Origin: a virus
Taxonomy: Duplodnaviria; Caudoviricetes
Reading direction: 5' to 3' (one strand)
Virus record (IMG/VR): IMGVR_UViG_3300009787_000007
Location: 1 to 64,000 of that record
DNA: 64,000 nucleotides
Within the stretch, counting starts at the first letter, position 1; every line of letters begins with the position of its first letter. Shown piece after piece: positions 18,213 through 29,553 of this stretch. Below the pieces are notes generated by a model. The model did no database searches. It worked only from the letters and a program-made list of their open reading frames with translations, and was not told where the DNA came from. The translations under genes and the position numbers were made by a program.

Positions 18213-20903
18213 TTAATTTAACTGTATATAATTTACTACTAATGTTAGGGTACTAATAGTTGCTCCACTAAGATTAGATATAGTACATGGAATATTAGCT
18301 GTACTGCACCAGCCAAATACTAATGGAGCAAGATTAATTACATTCCATGTATTTGATGTTATTCCTTCAAATAATAATCCAACATCTCCAGTTGGAGCTG
18401 TACCTACTACTCTACCTAAATCATTAGTTTGATATGTACTATTTAGATAGAATCTAATTCGTACTGGTGTACCGCATGTAACTTTAGTTAATACATATTT
18501 AGGAGCTAAAGCTATAGTAGAGGTAAAGTTTGCATTATTAGATAAACCTACACTAAAACTAAATGCAGTAGTGCTAGTTAATATACTTGTAGTAGTAGAT
18601 ACATTTAATGAGCTATATAAATCGTAGAAAATACCTGGAGGGCTAAATGCACTAGCATATCTAGCAGATTTAGTAATCCTTAGTTGCATATATCCTGTAT
18701 AAGTACTAGAACTACCTGTGCTACCTACATATAAAGTACTTGCACTAAGGCTTCCTGTAATACTACTTGTAGAATAATCTAAATTACCATTTATAAAGTA
18801 ATATGTAACTCCGCTTAATCGTACCCAAGCTATATGATATAAGGTATTTAAAGCTAATGCTGTATTACCTGCATAGTTTGTAGTACCGGTATATATATTC
18901 ATATATCCACTAGAATTTATCTGAAATAAATAACCATTTAATGCTACTACGCAAGGAGAAGTACTGAACGAACTTATATACACATAAGCTTCTATGGTAT
19001 AGTTAAAAGTACTGAATTGTAGGGTGCTACTATTTGCTACGGTTATATATGCACTTCCATTGAAATATAAATAATTACCAGTTGGAGCAGATTGTGTACT
19101 AGCTACAGTTACTGCACTATTTGTAATTGTAGAACCATCTAATGCACTAGTATCTATAATGTTTGTACTTCCATTACTTCCAGAACCATTAAATATTAAT
19201 ACTGTATTTGCATATAAAACATCTATTGAGTTTGATACTAATGTAGTTCCTGATCCTCCTGAACCACTAGCACCTGTAGCACCTTGAGGTATTCCAAAGT
19301 TAAATACTGCTGCATTACTTGTTCCTGCATTAGTTACAGTTGCACTACTTCCAGGACTTAATGTACTTACTGTACCTACAGATATTGTAGCTGCTGTACC
19401 ACTAGCTCCACTAGGAATACCGAAATTAAATATTGCATTACTATTTGTACCTGAATTAGTTACAGTAGGTGTACTTCCAGCACTTAAACTTGTAACTGTA
19501 CCTACTTGTATCGTAGCTGAACCATTACCAGGAAACTCACTGGTAGCTGGAGTAAAATTACTTGTATATCTAGCATATCCATTAGTTACTCTAACTTCAT
19601 CTATATAACCTGTAAAATAACTATTATATGTAGTATCATTAGATACTAATCCTATAGAAAAATTACCACTATATATACTACTAGTTGTACTACCACTAGT
19701 TCCTTTAACTCCATTAACAAATACGTCTAATACTGTACTACTATGTTTTACACCTGCTACATGATACCAAGTGTTTGCTGATATTGTACTAGCACTAACA
19801 GCAGTAGTGGAATTATCATACCAATGTCTAAATACTATATAACCATTCTTTATACTTAAGAATAGTCCTGCATCACCACCTGCACCACTATAAGCATTAC
19901 TTAATATAGTAGAGAAATTTAAACTACTAGGATTAACTGTGCAGTATATCCAACATTCAAAGGTTAAATCATTACTTCCAAATGTTAATAAACTATCAAC
20001 TGTGTTTATATATAAATATGAACTTCCATTTAAATATAATGAACTTCCACCAAACATAGATTGAGTAGTAGAAATTATAGGACTTCCAGATGTAGTAAAT
20101 ATATGATTTAGTACATCTGTAAATACTGTACTATTATTACTATTATCAAAATGACATAAAACACTTACATCACTATAATATGGATCTCCACTACTACTAC
20201 CTGATGTACCTTGAGTAATACCTAAATTTAATGTTAAATTAGGTGTTGTACCTGTTATAGATGCTGTAGCTGAACTTCCACTAGCTAATGTACTTACTGT
20301 ACCTATAGTTATATTAGGTGTAGCTCCTGTATTACCTATAGGTAATCCTAAATTTAAACTATAACTATTACTTCCATTATTTACTAACGTAGCTGTAGCA
20401 CTTGAACCTGCACTTAATGTAGTAACTGTTCCTATACTTAATGTAGGTGTTGAACCTGTAGATCCTGTACTTCCTACATTTCCTTGTGGTAATCCTATAT
20501 TTAATACAACATCTCCATTAGTTCCTACATTAGTCACTGTAGCATTTGAACCAGCAGATAGTGTAGTTACAGTACCAATCGATATATTAGCTGCTCTAGG
20601 TAAATTAAAGGTTAATTGAGAAGGTGTTCCAGAACTAGTTACACTAGGACTAACATTAGGATATTCAATATTTACATTATTTATACTTACTGATGAAGCT
20701 TGAGACATTCTATACCATCTACCGTTACCAGAATTAGGTGTAATGATATAGATATTATCTGAAGTATCTGTACCACTAGAGTTATATATAAACCAAGCTT
20801 GTAATGAAACTACAGCTAATATATAACCTGTAATTACTGTTGAATCAGGTACAGCTTTTAAATCATTTAATGTATTTACTGAATATCCTATTGATGTAGT
20901 CAT
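18213..20903 (-). CDS. tail fibre with N-terminal attachment module, Gly/Thr repeats and two ConA/LamG-like domains
   Basis: N-terminal LNDLKAV...ITPNSGNGRWYR; about five IGTVTTLSAGS.AT repeats; LamG motifs FECWIY, WYHVAGV, FTGYIDEVRVT. Confidence 0.8.
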   Translation of the reverse strand: MTTSIGYSVNTLNDLKAVPDSTVITGYILAVVSLQAWFIYNSSGTDTSDNIYIITPNSGNGRWYRMSQASSVSINNVNIEYPNVSPSVTSSGTPSQLTFNLPRAANISIGTVTTLSAGSNATVTNVGTNGDVVLNIGLPQGNVGSTGSTGSTPTLSIGTVTTLSAGSSATATLVNNGSNSYSLNLGLPIGNTGATPNITIGTVSTLASGSSATASITGTTPNLTLNLGITQGTSGSSSGDPYYSDVSVLCHFDNSNNSTVFTDVLNHIFTTSGSPIISTTQSMFGGSSLYLNGSSYLYINTVDSLLTFGSNDLTFECWIYCTVNPSSLNFSTILSNAYSGAGGDAGLFLSIKNGYIVFRHWYDNSTTAVSASTISANTWYHVAGVKHSSTVLDVFVNGVKGTSGSTTSSIYSGNFSIGLVSNDTTYNSYFTGYIDEVRVTNGYARYTSNFTPATSEFPGNGSATIQVGTVTSLSAGSTPTVTNSGTNSNAIFNFGIPSGASGTAATISVGTVSTLSPGSSATVTNAGTSNAAVFNFGIPQGATGASGSGGSGTTLVSNSIDVLYANTVLIFNGSGSNGSTNIIDTSALDGSTITNSAVTVASTQSAPTGNYLYFNGSAYITVANSSTLQFSTFNYTIEAYVYISSFSTSPCVVALNGYLFQINSSGYMNIYTGTTNYAGNTALALNTLYHIAWVRLSGVTYYFINGNLDYSTSSITGSLSASTLYVGSTGSSSTYTGYMQLRITKSARYASAFSPPGIFYDLYSSLNVSTTTSILTSTTAFSFSVGLSNNANFTSTIALAPKYVLTKVTCGTPVRIRFYLNSTYQTNDLGRVVGTAPTGDVGLLFEGITSNTWNVINLAPLVFGWCSTANIPCTISNLSGATISTLTLVVNYIQLN

Positions 20904-20942
20904 TTTATATAAATATAAATATTATTAAAATTGTTTTCTAAC

Positions 20943-21620
20943 TTAATCATCTTTAATTACTGTTGGTGCTATAAAATCTATAGCATCTATAAACTTAATT
21001 CCTAATTTCTTTGCACATTGTTCATCTTCATCTCTATCACCTACAAATATAGATTCTTTTAATACTTGTTCTGTAAAATCTTCATAAGTTAGAAAATCTT
21101 TATAACTTAAAGAATTAAATACATTAAGATAACTTTCTTCATAAAAATTATCTATTGCTAACTTAACCATTCCTATATCTGGTTTTCTAAAACTATATAC
21201 AGGTGTATTATCTGATACAGAATATCTATTAGAGTATTTATCTGTATTTGTAGAAATATAAGTATCTCCAGTTACATCGTTATATTCTTTCCATAATCTA
21301 ACTCTTATAGCTACACTTCCATTTAAACAAGGACAGAAATATATAGAATCTAACATAGGTAATAATTTGATAGTATTTGCCATCTCTGTAATGGCACTTT
21401 CTATAGTCTTGAATGGTTTACCAGTAGTAATATCTACTGAATCACATCCACCTTGATTAGAAATTCCTACAATCGTATAACCTTTAATTAGATAATATAT
21501 TAATGCACCTCTAATTTCCTTATTAAGCACTAAAATATCTTCTGAATGCTCTTTAAAAGGTTTACCAGATATAGTTTTAGTTAATGTACCATCAATATCA
21601 CAAAATAAGAATTTAATCAC
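20943..21620 (-). CDS. HAD-IIIA phosphatase (polynucleotide 3'-phosphatase/GmhB-like)
   Basis: FCDIDGTL, ISNQGG, RKPDIGM and FVGDRDED motifs. Confidence 0.85.
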   Translation of the reverse strand: MIKFLFCDIDGTLTKTISGKPFKEHSEDILVLNKEIRGALIYYLIKGYTIVGISNQGGCDSVDITTGKPFKTIESAITEMANTIKLLPMLDSIYFCPCLNGSVAIRVRLWKEYNDVTGDTYISTNTDKYSNRYSVSDNTPVYSFRKPDIGMVKLAIDNFYEESYLNVFNSLSYKDFLTYEDFTEQVLKESIFVGDRDEDEQCAKKLGIKFIDAIDFIAPTVIKDD

Positions 21621-21823
21621 TTTCTTTTACCTCTAATATAGTGTTTCTTTATTAGATATTGTATATTAAAATTTGCATATTGTCTAGCTTCATCATATAA
21701 TTCTTTAAACTCTGGTATCTTATCTATAACAGTAAAATCATCATTATATTCATTTTCTTTACTTCTAATCTTATGTCTTAATCTTAAAGGTATCTTATTC
21801 CATTCTTTAGGTTCAATATACAT
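21617..21823 (-). CDS. hypothetical protein
   Basis: 68-aa ORF overlapping the HAD start (GTGA/ATGA-type coupling). Confidence 0.55.
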   Translation of the reverse strand: MYIEPKEWNKIPLRLRHKIRSKENEYNDDFTVIDKIPEFKELYDEARQYANFNIQYLIKKHYIRGKRK

Positions 21824-21864
21824 TATTTAATCTATTTAATCTATTTACATATATATAAAATTTT

Positions 21865-22662
21865 CTAACTTATAATTGTATTCCAATTTAAACTACTTAT
21901 GCTATTCCATTGATTACTACTTATCTCATGCCATATAATATTAGGATTAAGTAATGTAGTTACAATATTATTTATGTCTGTATTTCCTATAGCTGGAATA
22001 AATATTAATAAATGTCTAAAATAATTTCCTAAAGGCTTACTAGCACTAGAACTATTTCCTAAATATATATTATTTAGTATATTTGTACTAAAACTACCTC
22101 TATCTTTATTTAAATAAGTTATATAATTACCTTGATTATATGAGAACTCAGTTATTCCATATTTAATATTATGATTTATTACAAATACTTGTATATTACT
22201 TACTTCATTACTATCTGTTAATCCTATATAAGTTAAATTATTTATAATCGTATTATATATATTTAATCTACTATGTTGCTGCATTATATCATAGGTTTCT
22301 ATGAAGTATTCTAATCCTGCTGGACTTGTACTTATACTCTTACTTCCTTCTAATAACTGATTACTTGTAAATGTGCTTCCAGTTAGAAAATTTATAATAG
22401 TATATGAATCTGCATTATCAAATAAATTACTATTCCTACTATATAATTTCTGATTACTATTAAATACTAATCCTTCATTACCATTTATACTAGGAAATAA
22501 TGTACTATTACTCTGTATAAAATCATAATTAGTATTTCCTATTAAATTAACTAATGTAAATATTCCACTACTATTTATATAAACATTATTTGTATCTGTA
22601 CCATCTAAACATACTTTACAGGTTAAATTATTATTGCTTATATAATCTAATGTAGTTTGCAT
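21865..22662 (-). CDS. ConA/LamG-like structural protein
   Basis: Beta-rich N/S-rich sequence with GLVFNS, YTII and IYLGNS...LLIF LamG-like strands. Confidence 0.55.
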   Translation of the reverse strand: MQTTLDYISNNNLTCKVCLDGTDTNNVYINSSGIFTLVNLIGNTNYDFIQSNSTLFPSINGNEGLVFNSNQKLYSRNSNLFDNADSYTIINFLTGSTFTSNQLLEGSKSISTSPAGLEYFIETYDIMQQHSRLNIYNTIINNLTYIGLTDSNEVSNIQVFVINHNIKYGITEFSYNQGNYITYLNKDRGSFSTNILNNIYLGNSSSASKPLGNYFRHLLIFIPAIGNTDINNIVTTLLNPNIIWHEISSNQWNSISSLNWNTIIS

Positions 22663-23060
22663 TAAAAATCAACCATATATTTAGTATATATAGACATATC
22701 AGCAGTTTTCTTCTTTCTTCTCCATTTAGGATTAGTATCTTTCTCTCCTCTACCACTAACATTTGTTCCTGGTAATGCTACATTAAGTAATGCTGATTCA
22801 TCATCTAAGTCTGTTTGTTCACTAGCTGGTGGTATATATTTCTCATTCATTGCATAATCTAAATTCTGTGCATCTTGAGTAGTAACCTTTACATTACCTT
22901 TATCTACTGGTGTACCTTCAGCAGTTCCTTTCATTACATCTTTACCTTTAGAATCAGTTCCAGGATTAGATTTACCTTTCGCATATACCTTGGTATTCAT
23001 AGCTTTCTTATTAGGATTACTTACACTAGGCATCGCTTCTGTATTTGTATATAATTTCAT
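22662..23060 (-). CDS. hypothetical hydrophilic, probably disordered protein
   Basis: 132 aa, K/D/G/P-rich, ends KYMVDF; stop overlaps the next start. Confidence 0.6.
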   Translation of the reverse strand: MKLYTNTEAMPSVSNPNKKAMNTKVYAKGKSNPGTDSKGKDVMKGTAEGTPVDKGNVKVTTQDAQNLDYAMNEKYIPPASEQTDLDDESALLNVALPGTNVSGRGEKDTNPKWRRKKKTADMSIYTKYMVDF

Positions 23061-23141
23061 ATATTCTATATTTATTAATTTTATTAGATTACTTGTATTG
23101 CTTACGTTACTTATGATATTTATATTATTAATACTATTCTA

Positions 23142-23498
23142 CTATACAAATACTATCTGATTTATTGAACCTATTACACTTATATAGTTTGTAATTGATG
23201 CAAAAGCACTTATTACTACTGAACCTGTAAATCTTAGACCATTTATAACTGGAATTAGACCTCTACCTGTAGGAATAACTAAACTCATTTGTTGATATAT
23301 TGAATTACCACCAAATAATATAGTTAATGAACTATCTGAAGCACCATAATTATATGCACTTAACCATATTTCATCATAATTAGTTGATGAAGCTGTATGG
23401 ATTAAAGTAGGTGAAGATGCAGTAGTAGCAGTAATATTTATAGGTAGAAAATTAGTTGAATTAGATAATGTAGCTATTTGATATGTCGCAGTAGTCAT
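23142..23498 (-). CDS. small beta-sandwich virion protein
   Basis: TLIHTA...DEIWLSAYN...LTILFGG...IP...GL pattern recalled from freshwater phage structural clusters. Confidence 0.6.
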   Translation of the reverse strand: MTTATYQIATLSNSTNFLPINITATTASSPTLIHTASSTNYDEIWLSAYNYGASDSSLTILFGGNSIYQQMSLVIPTGRGLIPVINGLRFTGSVVISAFASITNYISVIGSINQIVFV

Positions 23499-23595
23499 AA
23501 TTATAATTAGTTTTAGTTAAAATATTATATCATCTTAAATCTTATATAAATTATATATTATAATCTTAGGTAATGTTACTAATTACTAAGATTAA

Positions 23596-24129
23596 ATGAT
23601 TGATTATACTAAGATTGACTATACAAAAGAGAATAATATTATTGTAGGAATAGATCCAGGTGTACAACATATAGGTATAGCTATATTTGATATATTAAAT
23701 CCTCAGAATATTATTACAATGGAATATTCTTTAGAAAAGAAGAAATCAGCTTACTTTTTACTATATATGTTCTTTATAGAAGATGTTATAGATACGTATA
23801 AACCTAGTTATGTAGTTATTGAAAAACCATTCTTTACTCCTAAAACATTAGCTAATAATATTAGAACACTAGAAGTAATAGGTATAATTAAAACTGCTTG
23901 TCAAACACCTGAAGTTATAATACCAACTACTGAATTATCACCTTGTACTATTAAAAAACGTATTACAGGAACTGGTAAAGCTAAGAAAGATGATGTAATA
24001 AAATCAGTTAGAAAACATTATCCTAATACTTCTTTCTCTAGTCATACTGCTGATGCTTTAAGCGTAGCTCTAACTTTCTATGCTGAAAAAGAATCTATTA
24101 ATATAGAACAAATATTTATCGAAGATTAG
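23596..24129 (+). CDS. ruvC: RuvC-like Holliday junction resolvase
   Basis: VGIDPG, VVIEKPF, IKKRITGTGKAKKDDV and HTADALSVA catalytic motifs. Confidence 0.92.
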   Translation: MIDYTKIDYTKENNIIVGIDPGVQHIGIAIFDILNPQNIITMEYSLEKKKSAYFLLYMFFIEDVIDTYKPSYVVIEKPFFTPKTLANNIRTLEVIGIIKTACQTPEVIIPTTELSPCTIKKRITGTGKAKKDDVIKSVRKHYPNTSFSSHTADALSVALTFYAEKESINIEQIFIED

Positions 24130-24876
24130 TTATTTCTTCTTCTTATCAGCTACTTTAATCATATTCTCTATTAATGAAGTAGCTTTATTAAATATTCTTT
24201 GTATCTGTCTATCACCTATTATACTTTTTTCACATGGTTTGAAATAATGTAATTGCATAATTCCATATATATTATCATTACCAAACTGTAACAATCTAGT
24301 ATATACAGTGCTTATACTTAATGAATCTAAGTATTTCTTACATTTAGGATCTAACTTAGAATCATCTACGTCTATTCTCATAAATTCTTCTGAATTACCT
24401 AATAATATCTCAGCTTCTATATGTTCTATAGCTATATCCTTTACTGTAGTCTTTAATGATACAATACCGTCTTTAACAGCTTCATATACTAATGACATCT
24501 TAGTAAAATGTATATTACCTATCGTAGTTCCATTATGAAATAATCCTACTGCTACTCTATCACATGCTGTAATAGCTCTAATCTCATGTAGTAAGTTCTC
24601 TATCTCAGTCTTCTTAGCTAAATCTCTCTTACTTACAAAAGCTAATATATCCTTTGTAGCTACTTTTAATATGCTTAACCTGTTCATCCATTGTTGTACT
24701 AACACTAATGCTGTACTTAATAATATAGCTCCATCAAATAGATGATTCACTAACGGTGTATCAGTTTTATAATTCTTTGCTATATCTTTTAATGCTTGTA
24801 CTTCTTGTATCGTTACAGGATTACTATTCTCTGTATTAGCTATTAAATATTGTCTGTAATTACTAAAATCTTTCAT
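24130..24876 (-). CDS. single-TM GAF-domain protein, putative T4 gpT-like holin
   Basis: Hydrophobic stretch LFDGAILLSTALVLV followed by the GAF-like CDRVAVGLFHNG...FTKMSLVYEAV..GI. Confidence 0.55.
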   Translation of the reverse strand: MKDFSNYRQYLIANTENSNPVTIQEVQALKDIAKNYKTDTPLVNHLFDGAILLSTALVLVQQWMNRLSILKVATKDILAFVSKRDLAKKTEIENLLHEIRAITACDRVAVGLFHNGTTIGNIHFTKMSLVYEAVKDGIVSLKTTVKDIAIEHIEAEILLGNSEEFMRIDVDDSKLDPKCKKYLDSLSISTVYTRLLQFGNDNIYGIMQLHYFKPCEKSIIGDRQIQRIFNKATSLIENMIKVADKKKK

Positions 24877-24929
24877 TTTATATTCTCTTATATATCTATT
24901 TACATTTAACTGATTTACATCTATTTATA

Positions 24930-25730
24930 TTAGAATGTTATACCTTTATTAAGATAATTAGTTTTAGTATAGCTAAAGTTATTTATTCTTTCTACTAAAC
25001 TTAAGCATCTATTATATATTCTTAACATAGCAATACTACCGTTTAAATATCCGTCACTACTCCAATTACTTTTACCTATATAATTACTAGTTCTAGTAAT
25101 ATTAGCTGGTATAGCACTAGTTACACCTGATGCTACATTAACTAAATTTATATATAAGTTCATTGTTGTACTAGCTAATGTACTTTGTATATATATCCAT
25201 TTATATAATGGTACTAATATACTACTAGTAATTAATCCTTCGCCATATATCTCTGTATATGGATATCCACTACTATTACATGCACTTAGATCAACATTAT
25301 TATTAGCTTGACCATTTCCTATATCTATCAACTTAGCATTTTGAGTATAATTTTTTAGTAAATATAATACTTCAACTGTATAATCTCCACTAAACCATAT
25401 ATTACTTGGTAAACTAACATATTGACTATTATTACTATTAAAATCTAATCCTATAGTGCTATTTACACTCCATGTAGGTGCATTAGTGCCATTAGCTAAA
25501 GTACCATTTAATCCATTACCTGAATAATCAGTTAAACTATTACCTGAACCATTATCGAATTGATAATTAGCTAATAATCCACTAGTTACTATGCTATTTA
25601 CACTTCCTGAACCAAATAAATTCTGTTTACTTATCGTAGCTGTCTGCAATCCTACACTATCATAAATTAGGAATAAATCATTGTTAGCTATACTACTTTT
25701 ACTGTTATACTGCGGTATCGTTTTTCCCAT
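24930..25730 (-). CDS. LamG-domain tail fibre protein
   Basis: N-terminal attachment-like DLFLIYD...TISKQNL; LANYQFDNGSG, DYSGNGLNGTL, YTVEVL, YIGKSNW, GSIAMLRIYNR. Confidence 0.8.
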   Translation of the reverse strand: MGKTIPQYNSKSSIANNDLFLIYDSVGLQTATISKQNLFGSGSVNSIVTSGLLANYQFDNGSGNSLTDYSGNGLNGTLANGTNAPTWSVNSTIGLDFNSNNSQYVSLPSNIWFSGDYTVEVLYLLKNYTQNAKLIDIGNGQANNNVDLSACNSSGYPYTEIYGEGLITSSILVPLYKWIYIQSTLASTTMNLYINLVNVASGVTSAIPANITRTSNYIGKSNWSSDGYLNGSIAMLRIYNRCLSLVERINNFSYTKTNYLNKGITF

Positions 25731-25757
25731 AAAATTTTATGTATTACTAATGTACCA

Positions 25758-28700
25758 TTAACTTAATATGTAATTACCATATTCATCAACTATAGCATTA
25801 GTTCCATCACTAAGATAAGTTTGATTATTACTAACATAATCAGTTAAAACATTATAAAAACTATAATTTTCTAACTGAAAATATCTTAGTAAAACATTTT
25901 CTATAGTTAATATCTCATTCTGTTGTAAGGCTCTATTATACATAACTAAACCATAAAATAATCCATTTAATCCTATTCCAGTCTTACTATTTCCTATTTC
26001 ACTAATGTTTAAATTAGTATTACTTACAAAACTTAATACTTGAATATTAGTAGAATCTAGTAAATCACTTAAATTAGCTGCATTACTATTCTGTCTAACT
26101 TGAACTATATTCTGTGTAACTGTACTACCATCATTAGAATATAAATCAATTACATTATTAAAATTAGATATTAATATATCTGAATCACTCTTAGATATTG
26201 AATATCCATAATCATTACTTCCATTAAAACTTATTGGAGTAGTATAATTATCACTTATAAAATATATGTAAACTTTATTCTCTATCGGACTAGCTATAGC
26301 TATATTCTTATTATTATCTATATCAACTGCATATCCATAATTACTATATACACTATTTAATGTCTTTACTAATGTAACTGTATAATTATTGTTTATATTA
26401 CTAAAATTTAATGAATATACTAATACATTTGAACTAGTGTAATTACTAATAATTAAATTTAGACCATCTTTAGAGAGATAAAAATCTTGTACGTTAGAAA
26501 ATGTATTAACTATAGTCCATGTATTACTAATTAAGTTATATAGTCTTAAATTCTGACTATCTAGAGCTAATATAGCTAATAATGTTCCATCACTAGATAC
26601 TTTTAACTTATATCCAAAGTTAGTATCTGAGTTAGTTATTATAGCTGTAGGAATAGCTGACCATATACCACTAGTTCTAGTAAATTCATACACTTTATTA
26701 CTACTAATTTCATTTACATATATTCTTTGATAATCATCTCTTATACATACTGCATTACCAAATCCTCCATAATATGGTGATGGAACAGGACTACTTAAAT
26801 CTAAATCTTTACTCCATATACCATTATTTTCTAACCATACTTGTACTCTACCTGCTCCTGTATCAGCATTCTTTATTCCTATTACTAATGCTGTACCATC
26901 TTCATTAAAATCAAATACAGTATTATATGAATAATTAATATCAGTTATTCCAGTATTTAATGTTATATAATTACTATTCCATATTCCACTATCATTTTTA
27001 GTATATAAATATAAAACGTTATTTACTTCATCACTTACTGCATAGGCATTACCAGATTTAGATATACATACATTAAACGATTTTATAGCTAATGTATTTA
27101 TCTTTGAATAATCATTACTAGCTAAATATAAATTACCTACTAATTCTCCATTTACTCCACCATTAAATGTATAACTATTACTATCTCCTACATAAACTCT
27201 ATACTCAACTAAATTTAACTCTTTATATATGAAAAATATTGTTTGTACATTACTATATTCTTTATTTAAACTAATTACATCATTTACACTATTTAATATA
27301 TAACAATTACCTAAATCTATATTATTAACTAAACTAGCTGAGGTAGTAGCTGTATTACTATTATTAATATTAACTAAACTTCCTGCATTAGTAAATTTAT
27401 TGACTATATAAGCATCATTAAAATTAGCTACACTACTTAATTGATTTAGTAACCATGTACTATTAAATAAATTAGTATCAACTATATATATTAGATAATT
27501 ATGAGTAGTTAAATTGTTAGTTATAGTTAATTTAAATCTTCTTTTATATTCATTCTGTAATATATTACTTAAACTAATACTGAAACTAATTTGATTAGTA
27601 TTAGCTTCCATTACTAATGTATTACTACTAATATTAATATCATTTAATACTAAATCAGTATAATTTATACTATTACTTAGATTACTATCAGTCATATTAC
27701 TATCAATTAAACTAACTTGAATACTATAAGTAATATTATAATTCTTTATTCCATTTTGAACTATATAAAATAAATTAAAACTATTTAAACTAATTACAAA
27801 TTCTCCTGATAAATTAAAATCTAATTTATCTATCTCTCTATTACTAAATATATTAAATTCATCTCTGTAATTTACTATCGCATTAGAATATATCTTATTT
27901 AACACTGTATTACTAGAACAATATGTTAAATAATTACTAAGATATTTTCTACCATAAGATATATTAAATGTCTTTAAATATAAAACTGAATTAATATTTA
28001 TATTAGCATTGACATTATAATTGAATGAATAAGCTATAGTAGGAGGTATTCTAAGATTTATTACTGAACTATATTGTTTAATTCCATTTACATATAATTC
28101 AATAGTTCTTAAATTATAATTAGAACTATCATTAAATACTTGTAATGTTAAATAATTATAATAATCTAATACTATTCCATCTAAATTTAATATATTGACT
28201 ATATTACTTCCATTAACTTTATATATAAACTGAATAATATTTAAACTAGTATTATATATAAAATAATAATATTGATTATTACTTAATAACCAATTAGATA
28301 TTATAACTATATTCTGATTACTACCATTTATTGAAGTAATTGTATTACTTAATATTTTAAATTGTACTTCTAATGTAAATTCTAGTGGATGTTCTATATC
28401 TCTACTAGGATATAATGTTAATCCTTGATTATTATTTATAAATCCTAAATTTAGATTACTAGGATATATATACCAATTCTCATTAATTCCATCATAATAT
28501 GTAGCACTGTATGTACTTGAATTAGTAATATTAAAATTATTAATTATAGTAGGTAATACTAAAACATTACTACAGTAATCATAATTGTGTAAATTAACTA
28601 AGTAATATAAACTATTCTCTGTTACACTGTTTTGTACTAAATATTGTCTAACTAAAGGATTTGTATTACTAATATTATTCTGATTATTACTAACTAAAGA

Positions 28701-29402
28701 CGTTATATTAGGATATAAATTAGTAACTGATGTTCCATTAGTATTAATGATTTGATAATTACTAAGATTAGCTGAAAGATAAGATGTAGTAGCACTAATA
28801 TCTTCTTTACCTAAATATAAATTACCTTTAGGAATATTATGATAATAATTATTAATTTGAGAAGTCTGTTCTAAGTTTAAATATAAAGTAATTACATTGT
28901 ATTTTCTAACTAATGCTATATGACTCCAAGTAGATATACTTTGAACTAGGGATAAGTATCTAATATCATATTTGTAAACATTAGAACTGATATTAACTTC
29001 AATAAGTCTAGATATAACTAACTTAGATAAAGTTAAATTATAACTAATTGAGAATAATGTATAAGTATTAGTTAAATCATAGATAGATAACAAAGGATAG
29101 TAATTAGTAGAATTACTAAGTAAGTATAAGAATGTCTGGAAAGTATAGTTATATGAAATATCTAAGTATATAGACTGTATAAAACCTGAATTAAATTTAA
29201 CACTAGAATTATCTAATAAGTAATTAGTAGTATCTAATGAACAGTTAGTATAACTTAAGATATTACTATCAGAAAGTGTATTAATTAAAGGTAAGTATAA
29301 ATTACTGTAAGTTAGTGAACTATCAACAGTAGTAGTTAAAGTATTATATGAAGTTAAAGAAGGTAATTTATATTGATCTATATTTCTTTTATGTCTATAC
29401 AT
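25758..29402 (-). CDS. large tail protein with LamG domains and an FG-GAP-like beta-propeller
   Basis: LamG strands (YTFQTFL, WSHIALVR, FTLEVQF); propeller repeats FNEDGTALVIG, FGNAVCI, FGYKLKVSSDG, YGYAVDI; ends VDEYGNYILS. Confidence 0.75.
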   Translation of the reverse strand: MYRHKRNIDQYKLPSLTSYNTLTTTVDSSLTYSNLYLPLINTLSDSNILSYTNCSLDTTNYLLDNSSVKFNSGFIQSIYLDISYNYTFQTFLYLLSNSTNYYPLLSIYDLTNTYTLFSISYNLTLSKLVISRLIEVNISSNVYKYDIRYLSLVQSISTWSHIALVRKYNVITLYLNLEQTSQINNYYHNIPKGNLYLGKEDISATTSYLSANLSNYQIINTNGTSVTNLYPNITSLVSNNQNNISNTNPLVRQYLVQNSVTENSLYYLVNLHNYDYCSNVLVLPTIINNFNITNSSTYSATYYDGINENWYIYPSNLNLGFINNNQGLTLYPSRDIEHPLEFTLEVQFKILSNTITSINGSNQNIVIISNWLLSNNQYYYFIYNTSLNIIQFIYKVNGSNIVNILNLDGIVLDYYNYLTLQVFNDSSNYNLRTIELYVNGIKQYSSVINLRIPPTIAYSFNYNVNANININSVLYLKTFNISYGRKYLSNYLTYCSSNTVLNKIYSNAIVNYRDEFNIFSNREIDKLDFNLSGEFVISLNSFNLFYIVQNGIKNYNITYSIQVSLIDSNMTDSNLSNSINYTDLVLNDINISSNTLVMEANTNQISFSISLSNILQNEYKRRFKLTITNNLTTHNYLIYIVDTNLFNSTWLLNQLSSVANFNDAYIVNKFTNAGSLVNINNSNTATTSASLVNNIDLGNCYILNSVNDVISLNKEYSNVQTIFFIYKELNLVEYRVYVGDSNSYTFNGGVNGELVGNLYLASNDYSKINTLAIKSFNVCISKSGNAYAVSDEVNNVLYLYTKNDSGIWNSNYITLNTGITDINYSYNTVFDFNEDGTALVIGIKNADTGAGRVQVWLENNGIWSKDLDLSSPVPSPYYGGFGNAVCIRDDYQRIYVNEISSNKVYEFTRTSGIWSAIPTAIITNSDTNFGYKLKVSSDGTLLAILALDSQNLRLYNLISNTWTIVNTFSNVQDFYLSKDGLNLIISNYTSSNVLVYSLNFSNINNNYTVTLVKTLNSVYSNYGYAVDIDNNKNIAIASPIENKVYIYFISDNYTTPISFNGSNDYGYSISKSDSDILISNFNNVIDLYSNDGSTVTQNIVQVRQNSNAANLSDLLDSTNIQVLSFVSNTNLNISEIGNSKTGIGLNGLFYGLVMYNRALQQNEILTIENVLLRYFQLENYSFYNVLTDYVSNNQTYLSDGTNAIVDEYGNYILS

Positions 29403-29553
29403 AGTAAGTAGTAATTAAATTAGTTATATATAATAATTAGTTATATTCTACTATACTATATAATATATTAATTTAATACTTATTAGTTACTTATATTTTA
29501 TTAAGTTAACTCTTTATTAAGAGTAATATAATCTAGAGATGCTACGTAGTACC

